Positions 27,852 to 39,300 of a DNA stretch of 64,000 bases are shown here, one piece after another. The translations under genes and the position numbers were made by a program. How positions within the stretch are numbered: the stretch's first letter is position 1; the number at the start of each line of letters is the position of its first letter. A model generated the notes under the pieces. That model saw only the letters and a list, made by a program, of their open reading frames with translations. It was not told the origin of the DNA and did not search any database. The DNA is from Antedon mediterranea (lineage: Eukaryota; Animalia; Echinodermata): the NCBI RefSeq assembly GCF_964355755.1, contig NC_092670.1, positions 15,734,795 to 15,798,794 of the forward strand. Direction: 5' to 3'.

Positions 27852-30800
27852 TTACACGGACGTGTCAAGAACCATTTCTAAAAACTGAAAAACACATCAT
27901 GAATGATAAATAGAAGATAAAGCAACCAATGTATAAATTATGGGTAGACACATGTTGACTTAATTAGACATAAAACTCCTATAAATAAGTAATGGTTTTG
28001 CTGCATGTGTTAAATTATGCAAGGTATAATTATACACTGATTGTTTATAGGTTAAGAGTTCTTAAAGTTCAAAAAAAGTATTAAAATATAACTTTTACTG
28101 TACCATAATATTTCCATGTAAAATAGAGAATAATATAAAATACCCTTAAGTTATGTTCGCACTGAGCCTAGATGATCTCTATGGTTAGAGTGAACACTAC
28201 ACACATGTTTCATTATTTTTCATCCAACCTAAGAATTCGGGCTCAGTGTAAACATAGCTTAAAGAGTGACGAAAAAAAACAAAACAACAAAATGTATACA
28301 CTAACTATACTGATTCAAATCTATTATAAAGTCTGCTATGATTACTTTTACTGATTGCATAACTTTTGTAATGTCAATATACATACTGTAATTTAAAATT
28401 GAAATTTGTTTGCAAACTATACGTACCTCTTCATAATGTATTTTAATATTGCCTGATCTATTTGTATCTTTCCGCTTGAATGACTCTGTGAGTGAGTGCA
28501 GCATCACACAGCATTGGATAAAGTCATCAAATTTTATCGTATGGACATCAGTTCTGTCAAATTTTCGCATAATCAATTGACAAAAGTTCATTGACCTATA
28601 TATAATTAAATAAAAATGTTGAAAATAAATTTGGAACAAATGTAGAAATATAATACAATTATTATATATAATAACACTATAATATAAAATAAAACAAATT
28701 TAATAAAATCTAAAGTTAAGATTGATTAATTATTAAAATACTCACAAATTGTAACCAAATGTAACAAAGGCAGAGTGCAGCTCCTGTGCATCTATATTGC
28801 CAGATCTATCTTTATCAAATCTTTATATAAAAAAAATTTATTTTAATGATGGTGACAATAAAAATGGTTATGATGATTGCTATGTGATGGTAATGATAAT
28901 CTATGTTTTTTATTTCAGGGCCATAGCCACCAGTACGGTTGGTAAAATTTCAACCTGATTACATTGTAGAGGCCTTGACAACCCAGTGGCTTGAACAGAG
29001 ATTATTCCCTTTTTTTGCGAAAACCACCTTATTTCTAAATAAATCACTGTATTTAGATTGAAACTATGGTATTAGATAAGGTTGATAAATTGTATGGTTG
29101 CTTTGGAGATGGAAGGAGAAGCGCTTACCTATCAAAGCATTGTTTCCATTCTTGGATGTATTTCCACAAAGCAGAGAATTCATTAAAATCAATTGTTCCA
29201 TTTCTAAATGAAGGTACAAAATTATATATAACACTTTATTTCAGTTGGATAGTAGGATATCATGTACAATACATATTTACAACTCATGTTAAACAACATA
29301 CTGAGATTAAAGGCTGCAGAATGTGCAATGCTGCAGTAAAGTATGTAACTCATTATTGCACAAGATGCTTCGAAATAGAAATAATACTTCAATTTATCAT
29401 AGAAACATAGTAACTTTTGCAATGAAAAGAAAGCTGTCTTACAATTCATTTAGTTTTTAATGTGTTTAACCATAGAAATATTCAATCTCTATGGTTAAAC
29501 AAATAGTTTCTTCTTAAAGGATGTTGCATAGAAGGTAGTGAAAGCAATGATGTCACAATCATTGTTTCCATACAATCTGCAAGCACTTTTTTCGAATTCC
29601 CATCACCAAGTTAAGTTACAACCTTGAAATTATCATGTTAGTACGCTTACTTGTCAGTATCAAACATGCCAACCATAAGGCGGCAGGTCTCTTCATTAAA
29701 ATGGGACCAATTACCATTGATTAGAGCCTGCTGAAGCTCATTCACAGTTATGGAACCACTATGGTCAACATCCACAGCCTTTAATAACAGCAAAGTACTA
29801 GAATTAAGCAGGCAACTTAAGCACTAACAGAGTAGATTAAGCCAAGGCAATTAATAAAAGAACATGCACAGGAGGAGGGATTAAATTCAAAGCTTATTTC
29901 TACGAAGCTTCACATTTATAATTTTAAGCAATTTATCTCCCTGGTTTATTCAAGCAGTGAAGTAAATCAAATAATTGCCATAGCTTAAACCTTCAGCTCT
30001 GTCTACACTATCAAACTTTATGTGACAAAAAAAAAGATGTCATATCACTACCATATTTGGGCATATCACTACCATATTTGGGCACATATATTTTTTTGTC
30101 AAACTTGTTTGATAATATAAATATAGCTTTACTCTGTATTTGTGTAAATAGTAAATTTGTTAAAGATTTCTTCTAAAAACTGAATCAAATTAAACACTGT
30201 TTTCAAAGTGCTTTATTAAAATTTAGGCAAATAATATCATAGTTTTTGAAATCACAAATTCAATCTTTAACAAATTTACTATTATAATTAAAAAGATATT
30301 CATCTATAAGAGAGCACTTCACATTGACCAACTACATACTTATTCTTATCAAACATTCCTATCATAAGTCGACATGTCTCTTCGTTAAATCTTGACCAAT
30401 TGCCATTAACAAGAGCTTGTTGGAGCTCTTTTGTTGTGATCTGATTGCTACTATCCGCATCCACTGCCTTGGGTCATTGTGAGGGAAATGTGCATTAAAA
30501 AAGCAAGAGATGTTTCTTAATTAATTCTCATGAGTGAAAAACACAAAAGATACAAATTAAAAAACCTGTGGTTTTAATATAGTCAATGCCTACAAATAGT
30601 GATTACTTTTTCTTTGTACTTTAAACATTATATTCAGTATTAATATTAGGATTTTTTCTCCCAATGTTAGTGAATTAAAACAAAAGTTAATGTTCGTGAC
30701 TGTCAGACATTCTTACTGTAATAACACCTGTAAAACGTAATATTTTAAAAATGTTTAACACTTCCAAAGTGGCAAAAAAGAATGATTTATTGATGGATGA

Positions 30801-31522
30801 ATAGAATGACCAATTATGTAGTCACCTTAAACCAATACCATAAAGTTTCATCTGCTCCTTGTGGTGGTAGGCCAGGGTTTCCCGGCCTACCACCACCATA
30901 TCCCTGTGGGGCACCATATCCTTGTTGCGGGACACCATACCCTTGCTGATGAGGAGGGGCACCATAGCCATGCTGAGGCGGAGCACTGTAACGTTGTTGA
31001 GGGGCACCGTATGCTTGCTGTGGTGGTGGTGCTCCATATGCTTGGTGTGGTTGTTGTCCATATTGCTGTGGTGGCTGGCCATACCCACCCTAAATTTTAA
31101 AATGATTGAAAATGGTTAATAGCAACATTATCATCAAAATATTGGCAATTTATCAGCAAAGTCAACTATGCATGCAATTTAATATAGTTTCTGTTGACAT
31201 GTAGGCTGGTGGTGGTATAGGCACAGTCGAATGTGTCAAATGCATTACATATCACCCCACAGAATTTGTTTGGGTTAAAAACTGAGCGGCCGAAATAAAC
31301 GGCGGCCGAAATGCACTATGGTCGACCTTGAGTTACCTTGTAACCGCCCTACACACTGTCTAGTATAGCCTAGCTTCTGGTAGGCTAGCCCTTAACAGAT
31401 AGACAGGAGACAAGGCAGACCTACGCCTACTATAGATAGGCCTGTAAATCTATTGTTTTATTATTTGATATATTAATTACATGATTGGGGTTGTAGGCTG
31501 GATGACTGCCTCCGTAAGACAT
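27852..31522 (-). CDS. PEF1: Peflin (penta-EF-hand protein with Gly/Pro/Tyr/Gln-rich N-terminus)
   Basis: Exons with GT-AG and consistent phases: 31522-31481 (MSYGGSHPAYNPNH), 31089-30826 (GGYGQPPQQYG...LWYWFK), 30467-30340 OR 29778-29651 (EF1), 29203-29129 (NGTIDFNEFSALWKYIQEWK), 28820-28746 (FDKDRSGNIDAQEL), 28595-28427, 27884-27852 (FLEMVLDTSV*). The long N-terminus and NWSxFNEETC motif favour peflin over PDCD6. Confidence 0.92.
28149..28259. mobile_element. Small MITE in last PEF1 intron
   Basis: AGTTATGTTCGCACTGAGCC ... GGCTCAGTGTAAACATAGCT imperfect TIR with TTA/TAA flanks. Confidence 0.65.
29651..29778 (-). CDS. PEF1: PEF1 exon 3b (mutually exclusive candidate)
   Basis: 128 nt, AAG|..|GTAAGC, phase 0 to 2; AVDVDHSGSITVNELQQALINGNWSHFNEETCRLMVGMFDTD. 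Confidence 0.85.
29995..30129. mobile_element. MITE family A copy, between PEF1 exons 3a and 3b
   Basis: AGCTCTGTCTACACTATCAAACTTTATGTGACAAAA...; degenerate right TIR. Confidence 0.8.
30340..30467 (-). CDS. PEF1: PEF1 exon 3a (mutually exclusive candidate)
   Basis: 128 nt, AAG|..|GTATGT, phase 0 to 2; AVDADSSNQITTKELQQALVNGNWSRFNEETCRLMIGMFDKN. Confidence 0.85.
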
Positions 31523-31856
31523 GTTTGTATGCTGTTTTCTAATCTAAAACTCGGTACGACGATAATTTACACTAAAATAAAAATGACGAACTAGGCTACC
31601 GCCCTCTATTTATCAACCAGGAAGTGTGTTGCTAATAGCAGACGACCTTCCCTAAGTGTTAAATTACATAATTACATTGTTATTGATTAATACATAAAGT
31701 TCTGTTTAAAAAAAATGTATACTAAACTAATTATTTATTACAAATATTTTTTTAATGAATATCATAGTAAATATAATTATAGGTAAAAAGTAAAATGAAA
31801 CAAATGAACAACAAAGTGACAGAGGTGGTTGATAGCAATCGTTTTAAAAATCCAAG
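31523..31856. promoter_or_regulatory. Bidirectional promoter PEF1 / C22orf23
   Basis: Only 334 bp between divergent ATGs; ETS-like CAGGAAGTG (~31618-31626) and partial RFX X-box-like GTTGCTAATAGCAG (31628-31641). Confidence 0.7.
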
Positions 31857-34322
31857 ATGGCTTCTCGTAACAACAAGGGTTCTTCCGTTTCTAAAGGTGG
31901 TATATGGGATTCCCGTACGCCAGCTTACACTAAAGAAACACAAGACCTGTTGAAAGGTATTTAACTAATAAAACCCATCCAACACAATATTTTTTAGTGC
32001 TGAATAGTGTGTAATTATGCCACGCTAGGGTCGTAGTAGGCCTGGCCCTAGGCCTAGTAGGGTCTAACCTAGGTAGGGTAGGCCTAGCTAGTAGTAGTAG
32101 GGCCTAGCCTATGGGTTGGTAGCCGGCCGGCCCGGCGGCCGTTTCAGCCTTTATAAGCCGCTCGGGTCTAGGCCTAGTAGTATACAATACCATGGAGTAA
32201 TGACAATACTAGACCTCTAGAGGAAAGAAAGAAATAAACAAAAAGGTTAAATAGATAAATAATAAATATATGGATCACTACTTAGTAGCCTACTACTAAT
32301 AATCATTCTTATCAAATTAATTTCTATTATTTTTAGAAATAATAAAGTTTTAGTTTACCAAATAATATTAAAATAATTAATGAATTATCAATCAATTAAC
32401 ATAGGCTATTAATTAGTATTAATGTTATATTTTATTTATAGTAATGATGGAAGAATCGAAATTAACTGCTTTCCAACGACGTCAACTCCAAAATACGATG
32501 AAAAGTAAGTGTGTAGTAGAAAGTGAAGGTTATTAACTGTTATTATTGTTATGTACTGTATGTAGTGTAATGTTTGAAAAAAAGATCCTCTTATTATGCA
32601 CTTGTCATTTGTATGACCCACTATACGACCCCCGGGAGAGGTGCGTCATTTGTCCGATGTGCGTCATACCATTGAATACCATGACGCACCCGTGCATCAA
32701 AAATGTGACTTACCTTTAGGTGACCATGACGCACGCATTTTGACGCACTGTGACCATGTTGTTTATGATATGGTGGGTGGTAAAGTGACGGACATTGACA
32801 CACCTTGTTCATTGATTACTGACGCACCCCTGCGTCAGTAATTATTTGTAAATGACGCACCCATGACGCACCTCTCCCGGGGGTCCTATAGTGGGTCATA
32901 CAATTGACAAGTGCATTAGTTAGGCATAAAGATTACTAGACAAGCTTTGCATTGAACGATAATTTACCTGTATAAACTTTTTTATCTTGTATTATTAAAT
33001 GAATAGATATTTAATAATTATGTACTTATTCTAATACAGATGGAAACAAGCTTCCTCTAAAATGCAATCCGACAAGTAGTGCTAAGCCAAGAAAACCCAT
33101 GTCACCAAAACCATCCAGTGTTAAAGTGGATGTGAGGGAGTACCAAGGTGGTATTCGCAGCCGTGATGAGATCGAAGAATCGGGGGCTTATGAACGTCCT
33201 AAATATTTGCCAGGTCCAAGCAGTAAGTCATGTGTGTCTGTTGTAACTGGCAATTAATTAATTGATTGGTTGACCTTTTGCATGGCATACATAAATTACT
33301 CTTTGAGCCGAGTAAACATTATTATTGTATAAGGTTGTATATGAGAGACATTAAAGGAAAATTTTATGTAGAAATGTCTTCTTGAATGAGGCATTATACA
33401 TATAAGCATATTTATTTGTATTAAAGCAAATGCTATAAATAAATCATTCCATCATCATTTCAACTGTAAAGTTACTTATTGCAGGAATATTTGTTGTTAA
33501 TTGATAGGAAATCTTGAAAGAGAGAAAAATAGATTACAAAATTTCATGGCTTATGGGGAGGACTTGAAGATAACAGAGAAGCGCAAGAAAGAAGTTCTGA
33601 AACCTCCAGAACCACAGCCAGAGGCAGACAGGTTTGATGAACGTAAGAATATTGTTTGATATGTTGTATAATAATTTATACAAAATTTATACATTTTCTA
33701 TTCTTGCTTCTCAACCTTGAATCCTTTCTTACCTCAACTTTACTAAACAACTTTTGATTTAAAGTATTCTTAGTTTTCTGTTAAGCTCTGTCTACAAATT
33801 AGTTAGACAAAAAAGTGTGTTCTGGCCAAATATGGCAGTGATTTGACATCATCATGTCCATATAAGAGCATTTTTACATAAAGTTTGTAAGTGTAGTGTA
33901 AACAGAGCTTTAATGTAGAAAACAATGTATTTTATTTTGCAGTACAAGAAGAGATATATGAGCGTCAAAGTTTCCTAAAAGAGATGGAAGGTTTAGGGCA
34001 AGGCAAGCAGTATAAAAGTATCATAGCAACAGAAATATCACAGGTAGGTGGCCTATGATAAGTAACCATGTGTTTGTGGTAACGCCTAAGAATAAAGTAA
34101 AGTATTTAGATGTGTTTTGTTTTTAGAAGCAGGAATTATTCTTAAGAGTTTGAATTGATCTTACAACTCTTATTTTATCTTTAGAAAATACGAGAAATGG
34201 AAGTAATAGACAAAAAGAAAACTCAAGAATTGAAGAATGCTTTGGAAAAACAAAAGAAGTTAGAGTCTTCTAATGATAATCACATTCCTGAACCTTCCTT
34301 TGATGGTGACAGCGAAGGCTGA
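31857..34322 (+). CDS. C22orf23: UPF0193 protein EVG1 / C22orf23 homolog
   Basis: Exons 31857-31956 (MASRNNKG..YTKETQDLLK), 32442-32504 (VMMEESKLTAFQRRQL), 33040-33222 (LPLKCNPTSS..GAYERPKY), 33508-33642 (NLEREKNRLQNFMAYG..DRFDE), 33943-34043 (EIYERQSFLKEMEGLGQGKQYKSII.TEISQ), 34185-34322 (KIREMEVID..*). All GT-AG and in phase; the motifs match human C22orf23 as I recall it. Confidence 0.92.
32597..32915. mobile_element. PIF/Harbinger-like MITE with ~53-bp TIRs and TTA target duplication
   Basis: TTA|TGCACTTGTCATTTGTATGACCCACTATACGACCCCCGGGAGAGGTGCGTCAT ... ATGACGCACCTCTCCCGGGGGTCCTATAGTGGGTCATACAATTGACAAGTGCA|TTA; repeated internal TGACGCAC motif. Confidence 0.88.
33784..33909. mobile_element. 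MITE family A copy
   Basis: AGCTCTGTCTACA ... TGTAAACAGAGCT with TTA flanks. Confidence 0.75.
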
Positions 34323-34383
34323 AACCATGAAAATGACTAAAAAGTGTAGCTGTATTGTATAAGGCAGCACAAGTAGAATTTTG

Positions 34384-34545
34384 AGCCTATCTACATTTGC
34401 AAACTTTAGTAATGGAGGTTGTCCGTCTGAGGATCACATGGATGACTACACATAGTCATGTGATCCTCAGATGGACTGTCTCCAGTAAGTACAACCTTCT
34501 CCAAATAGTAGAATGAAAGAGTGTTAATGTAGACTAGACCTAGGC
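34384..34545. mobile_element. Degenerate MITE with strong internal hairpin in C22orf23 3'UTR
   Basis: Ends AGCCTATCTACATT / AATGTAGACTAGACCTAGGCT; internal inverted repeat 34413-34484. Confidence 0.5.
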
Positions 34546-36324
34546 TTTAAAAAGTCTGCTTTAGAGCATTGCTGATAACAATGTTTTGTATATAATTTCC
34601 AATGTGAACCATCCCAGTAAATATCTGTACATAGTGTGTATAGTATGTATAGATCATAGTTATATATATATAAATGTATTCAAATCCCTTATTTTTTTAT
34701 AAGACATGTTAAATTACTGTTTGACGATGTTGCCATTTCAAACTTAACAGTGTTATTATTGTTGCATTTTCTGTAAAAAAAATTGTTTTCTTATGTGTTT
34801 TATTCTAATTTCATGTGAAATTTAAGACTTATAATTAATTTAATATTCTGTACACAAGATTTGTTATTAAATCAAAATTAACGACACGAATATGGCCTCA
34901 GATATTTATTAAGAATCTCCTAAACTGTACATTTGACTAGCTTTGTATATACAAACTACTAATATTCATCACTCAATAATGTATGTGGTCGCTTTCTGCA
35001 CACAGCAGTGCATTATACTTATATTTGTAATAAAAAATCTACATCATCGCATTGCAATGTTATTCTTTTAGAAATAATTCAAGACGATAAAAAATAGTAC
35101 CATTTAAACAGCAACATATTATGACATATATTACAGTTATAATTTAGACTTTAATTAAATAAAACTAAACTGTTTTATATTTATTGATATTATGTTATAC
35201 CTATGTTGGATATTAAAAAAACTAAGATTAAAACACTTTGTTTCTAAAGCACCTCAAATGATCCATAGTTTAAAAAAAGTGTCACAATAATTTGTAGCAA
35301 AGGCAAAATATTTAACCATCAAACTGAATGACTTTAAAAAAATATATGATTTGTTTATGCATAGACAATTCTACTACAATATCTGCTGTATACTACCATT
35401 GATAACCATTCATAAGTTTAACTTGTGTACGAATAAAGTTATTTTATCTTTGAATACTACAAGACTATAGTAGTACACTGTAAATCTACTGCTATAACAT
35501 TAACAACGTAACTCACATAAATTTGCATATGATGGTTAAAAGTGCTGTTAAGATAATACTTTGGCTGTTAGCGTTATTTAACCATTCAAACAAGACACAA
35601 ATCCCTATTTAAACGCTTACATTTTGTAGATTTTGTATTTATATAAATACTGTATAGCATATACTACTTGGGGTATATATTCCAGTCTCAGACAAGTTAT
35701 ATAATAGCTATAATAGCTATACTAGTGGAACAACTGCAAGGTATAAGTCCAAATCCATACCTGAGGAACATGACTAAAAACTTTTCTACAGAATTATTCC
35801 ACTTTGTAACTACGCTACAAATAAAAATAAATATTGTTAAAAAGCAGCAAAGTGATGGAATTTAAGTATGTCAAACATATTTTTGGAAATGTTACAAATG
35901 TTTAAGTAATAAACAAAAATTGTTTAACTTAATTTTCTAAAATACAGAAAATGTAATTAAAAAAAAAACATTACATATATGATATGAACCATTATTATTG
36001 AATGACAGTAAATCTATGATAATGTATTACAAACAATTTGGTATTTAATGCTTATTAAGGCAAACACCGGTATTTGGCATTTAGTGTTTTGATTTAAACT
36101 AAAAATAAAATGTAAACAAATAGTTACAGTTGCAAATAGCAATTGGTAACAGCATAATGTATTGTGTAAGCAATGTACTATGTCAATCTAGATTATATCT
36201 GATGCAAAGAGGTGCCAATTATACAATAATTTGAAACATAACCAAATGTTCATACAGAAACACAATGCCTTCTTCTTCTTCTTCTAATAATGTTGATAAT
36301 TGCCATATTCCACTTTTTTCTTTT

Positions 36325-39300
36325 TTACCATAGTATTCCCTTTGATTCCCTTTTTTTTTTTTTTTCCTTTTTGCTTTTCACTTTCTGAGATGATATGGGT
36401 TGTTTGCTTAAACCTGAAACAGTAATTTAAGAAAATTCTTTTAACAAAAAGATAGATAGATTAGACTGGTGAGACTTTGAGTGAAATTATACAACCTACT
36501 CTTTCAACTGAAAAACAAAAGTCTTACAATGTACTTACCACTTTCTCTCATCATAACACGTATATCCTCATCCTCCTGCTCTTCTCGTATACGGTCATTC
36601 TCAAGTCTATCTACCACTTCAGCCCTCTTTGTCACTACATCCACAAGTAAGTCCAATAGTCTTTGTTCCTCTACAGCATCTGCATCAGTTTTTTCATGTT
36701 CTTGCTTTAACATGATACGTCGTAGATCAAACTCAATTTCGGCATGTTTCTTTTCCAACTCCTGCGATTGTGCTCTAGATGTTGAAAAAAATATGATTAA
36801 TTGAATACATTTAAATGAACAGTGTAATAATAATAGAAATAGTGTAATGTAAAAAATTGATATTGCTGCTAAAATTGAGTAAAACTAAAAAAATATTACT
36901 ATCATATTTTTGTCAGTAGTCCTCTAGTAGTAAATTAAAGGGCGGGGCAATAAATTAAAGGGCGGGGCAATACATTTTACTGGTGGAAGAATATAAATAA
37001 TTGTTTAATTGTTGACTTACAGTGCTACAAGTTCACCTTCTCTTCTTACTAACTGGTTTTTATTGTTGACAAGTTCAAACCATTCAATTAACAAGCCCTC
37101 ATCATTAGCACCATCTTCTATGAAAAAGAATCAATTAATATTGAGATAGGAACATGCAATATAACATGCAATAGAACATCATAGAATGTTTACAGCTTTG
37201 TTTACATTATCAAACTAGTTTGACAAAAATAATGTCATGTTTCCAAATATGGTAGTGATGTGATTGTGTCCATTATGGGAACACCAAATTTTCTTGTCAC
37301 ATAAAATGTGTTAGTGTAAAAAGAAGAAAGAAAGGGAGAAATAATTAAAATATGTATGAGGACATTAAATGGAGCAAAGGAGAAGAGAGTAGGGAAAGTT
37401 AAAGGAGAAAAAATAGAGAAAGGGAGAGTTACAAAGACACAAGAGAAGAAAAGGATTACTAAGCATATGCAAAACCTAAACAAGTGAGTTGGATGTTAAA
37501 GGTGTTTTTATTTATTTACAAAAATCCCCATGCTATGTAAAGGAAGTAACAACTTCCTAAACAATGCATATACAGTATTTGACTCATATATTTGTTGACA
37601 TTCTATAATTAATACATATTTTAAATTAAAAATACAAGGTCAAATTGAATTATAATCAGTGAGCTGAGCTAGTCAATTGATGAAACGTTTGTAATGAATC
37701 AATTTTTTGTTATTGTTTTGTTTAATTTGTTGTGTCATTTATTTTTCACCACTTAATTTTGTTGTCGTATTTAATGTAATTAGTTGTTCTCACCATTCAT
37801 TTGTTCTCTTAATTTTTCTTCTAGCATAACACCTTTCCTTTCCATATCATTTTGTTTGATTTCGATTTCTTTTAACTCTCGTTGTATGACAAGCGTATCA
37901 ACATGGTGTTTTTCAACCTAAAACAAAAGCAGGGTTTCCAATTAAAGCATATATTTTAAAATTTAAATATCAATTATCAATCAACATCATAGTATTGAAA
38001 GTGAAATGATAAGTAACATTTATTTTTTAAGTTGTTTAAGCCAAATTACTACTATGATTATTTCCATACTAAAAAATGTAATCTTAAGATACTTTGTGGT
38101 TAGAATAAATACAATATTATTTAGGTGGTGACATATCTGAACATGTATGCATTGCAAGATAAGAACACAAGGAAATGAAACTATAGGAGAAAACAGATTG
38201 CCTGGAAAATATGACAGTGACCGGAAAAGGTGGTAACCAGAGAGAGGAAACAAGTTTTAAAATGAGTAGAAAGATGGGTGGATTAAGGAAATTGAGCTGA
38301 TAAACTATGATTTATAAATCCGTGTTTACACTATCAAACTTTATGTGACAACAAAATGTGATGTGTCCATATATGGACATGATGAAGTCATATCACTACC
38401 ATGTAAGCATATCACTACCATATTTAAGCATATCACTACCATATTTAGGCACATCACACTTATTTTGTCAAACTAGTTTGATAGTGTAGACAGAGCTTTA
38501 GGATGTGGATTTTACTAAGGTTTTTATAGTTCAATGTCGTACCTCTCTTTTTATCAGTGGGGGTGGAGGCGCTTTGAAAGATTTGCACGATTTCCTCTTT
38601 GACATTTCCTGAAAAGAAACAAGTTGAGAATAATCAGAGACATATTTTAATAGTTGTCTCAGGAATAATTAAAAAAGGAAACAAATACGAAAGTAATCAG
38701 ATAAACTATTTCCAAAATACAATACTTACTGGTGTGCCAATTTTGGGGGAGTTTGCTCCATTTTTCTTTGAACGCAGAACACTGAAAATAAGAGTAAACA
38801 ATTGATTGAAAATGCTAAACAATACAATAGAATAGAGAATAAGACGATGGAGATATGCCAAAAAATTTCGTCTCTCGTGCTGTTCTGTGTGTATTCTTTG
38901 CAAGAAGTTTTATTCCCATTAACCTGTCCTTTCACCAACATTTCGAATTAAGATAGTAATCAACTTTACCTTGGTGATTTGTGTCCTGAAACCATCTTCA
39001 ACTGTACTTTCTGAAACTCCAACTGTCCGTTATTTCCAGCAGGCGGTGGTGGGGGCGCTTTGCGATCTTTCTTCCTTGTTTGTCTCGGAGGAGGGGTTAA
39101 ATCGGCTTTAACGCTTGGTGAATGGCTTGGAGGTTGACTGGGACGTGGAGGTGCACGTCGTTTCTTTTGTTTTAACGTTGATCGATCACGCTGCATTTCT
39201 TTGAGAATTTCTGTTCTACTTTTCACTGAGTATGAGACACCAGAATTTTCTTGTGTTTTCGAAGGTGGTGTTCGTGGTGGGTAGTTGAAATCAGACTTAT

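Noticed and set aside
36351-36365. 15-nt homopolymer in the last MICAL-like exon as a frameshift site
   Set aside because: It reads through as poly-Lys to a plausible stop; noted only because an error in run length would change the C-terminus.
38726-38941. Hydrophobic 71-aa ORF in frame with the large MICAL-like exon (possible readthrough transmembrane tail)
   Set aside because: Three in-frame stops separate it from the exon; the hydrophobicity comes from the intron's pyrimidine-rich tract.
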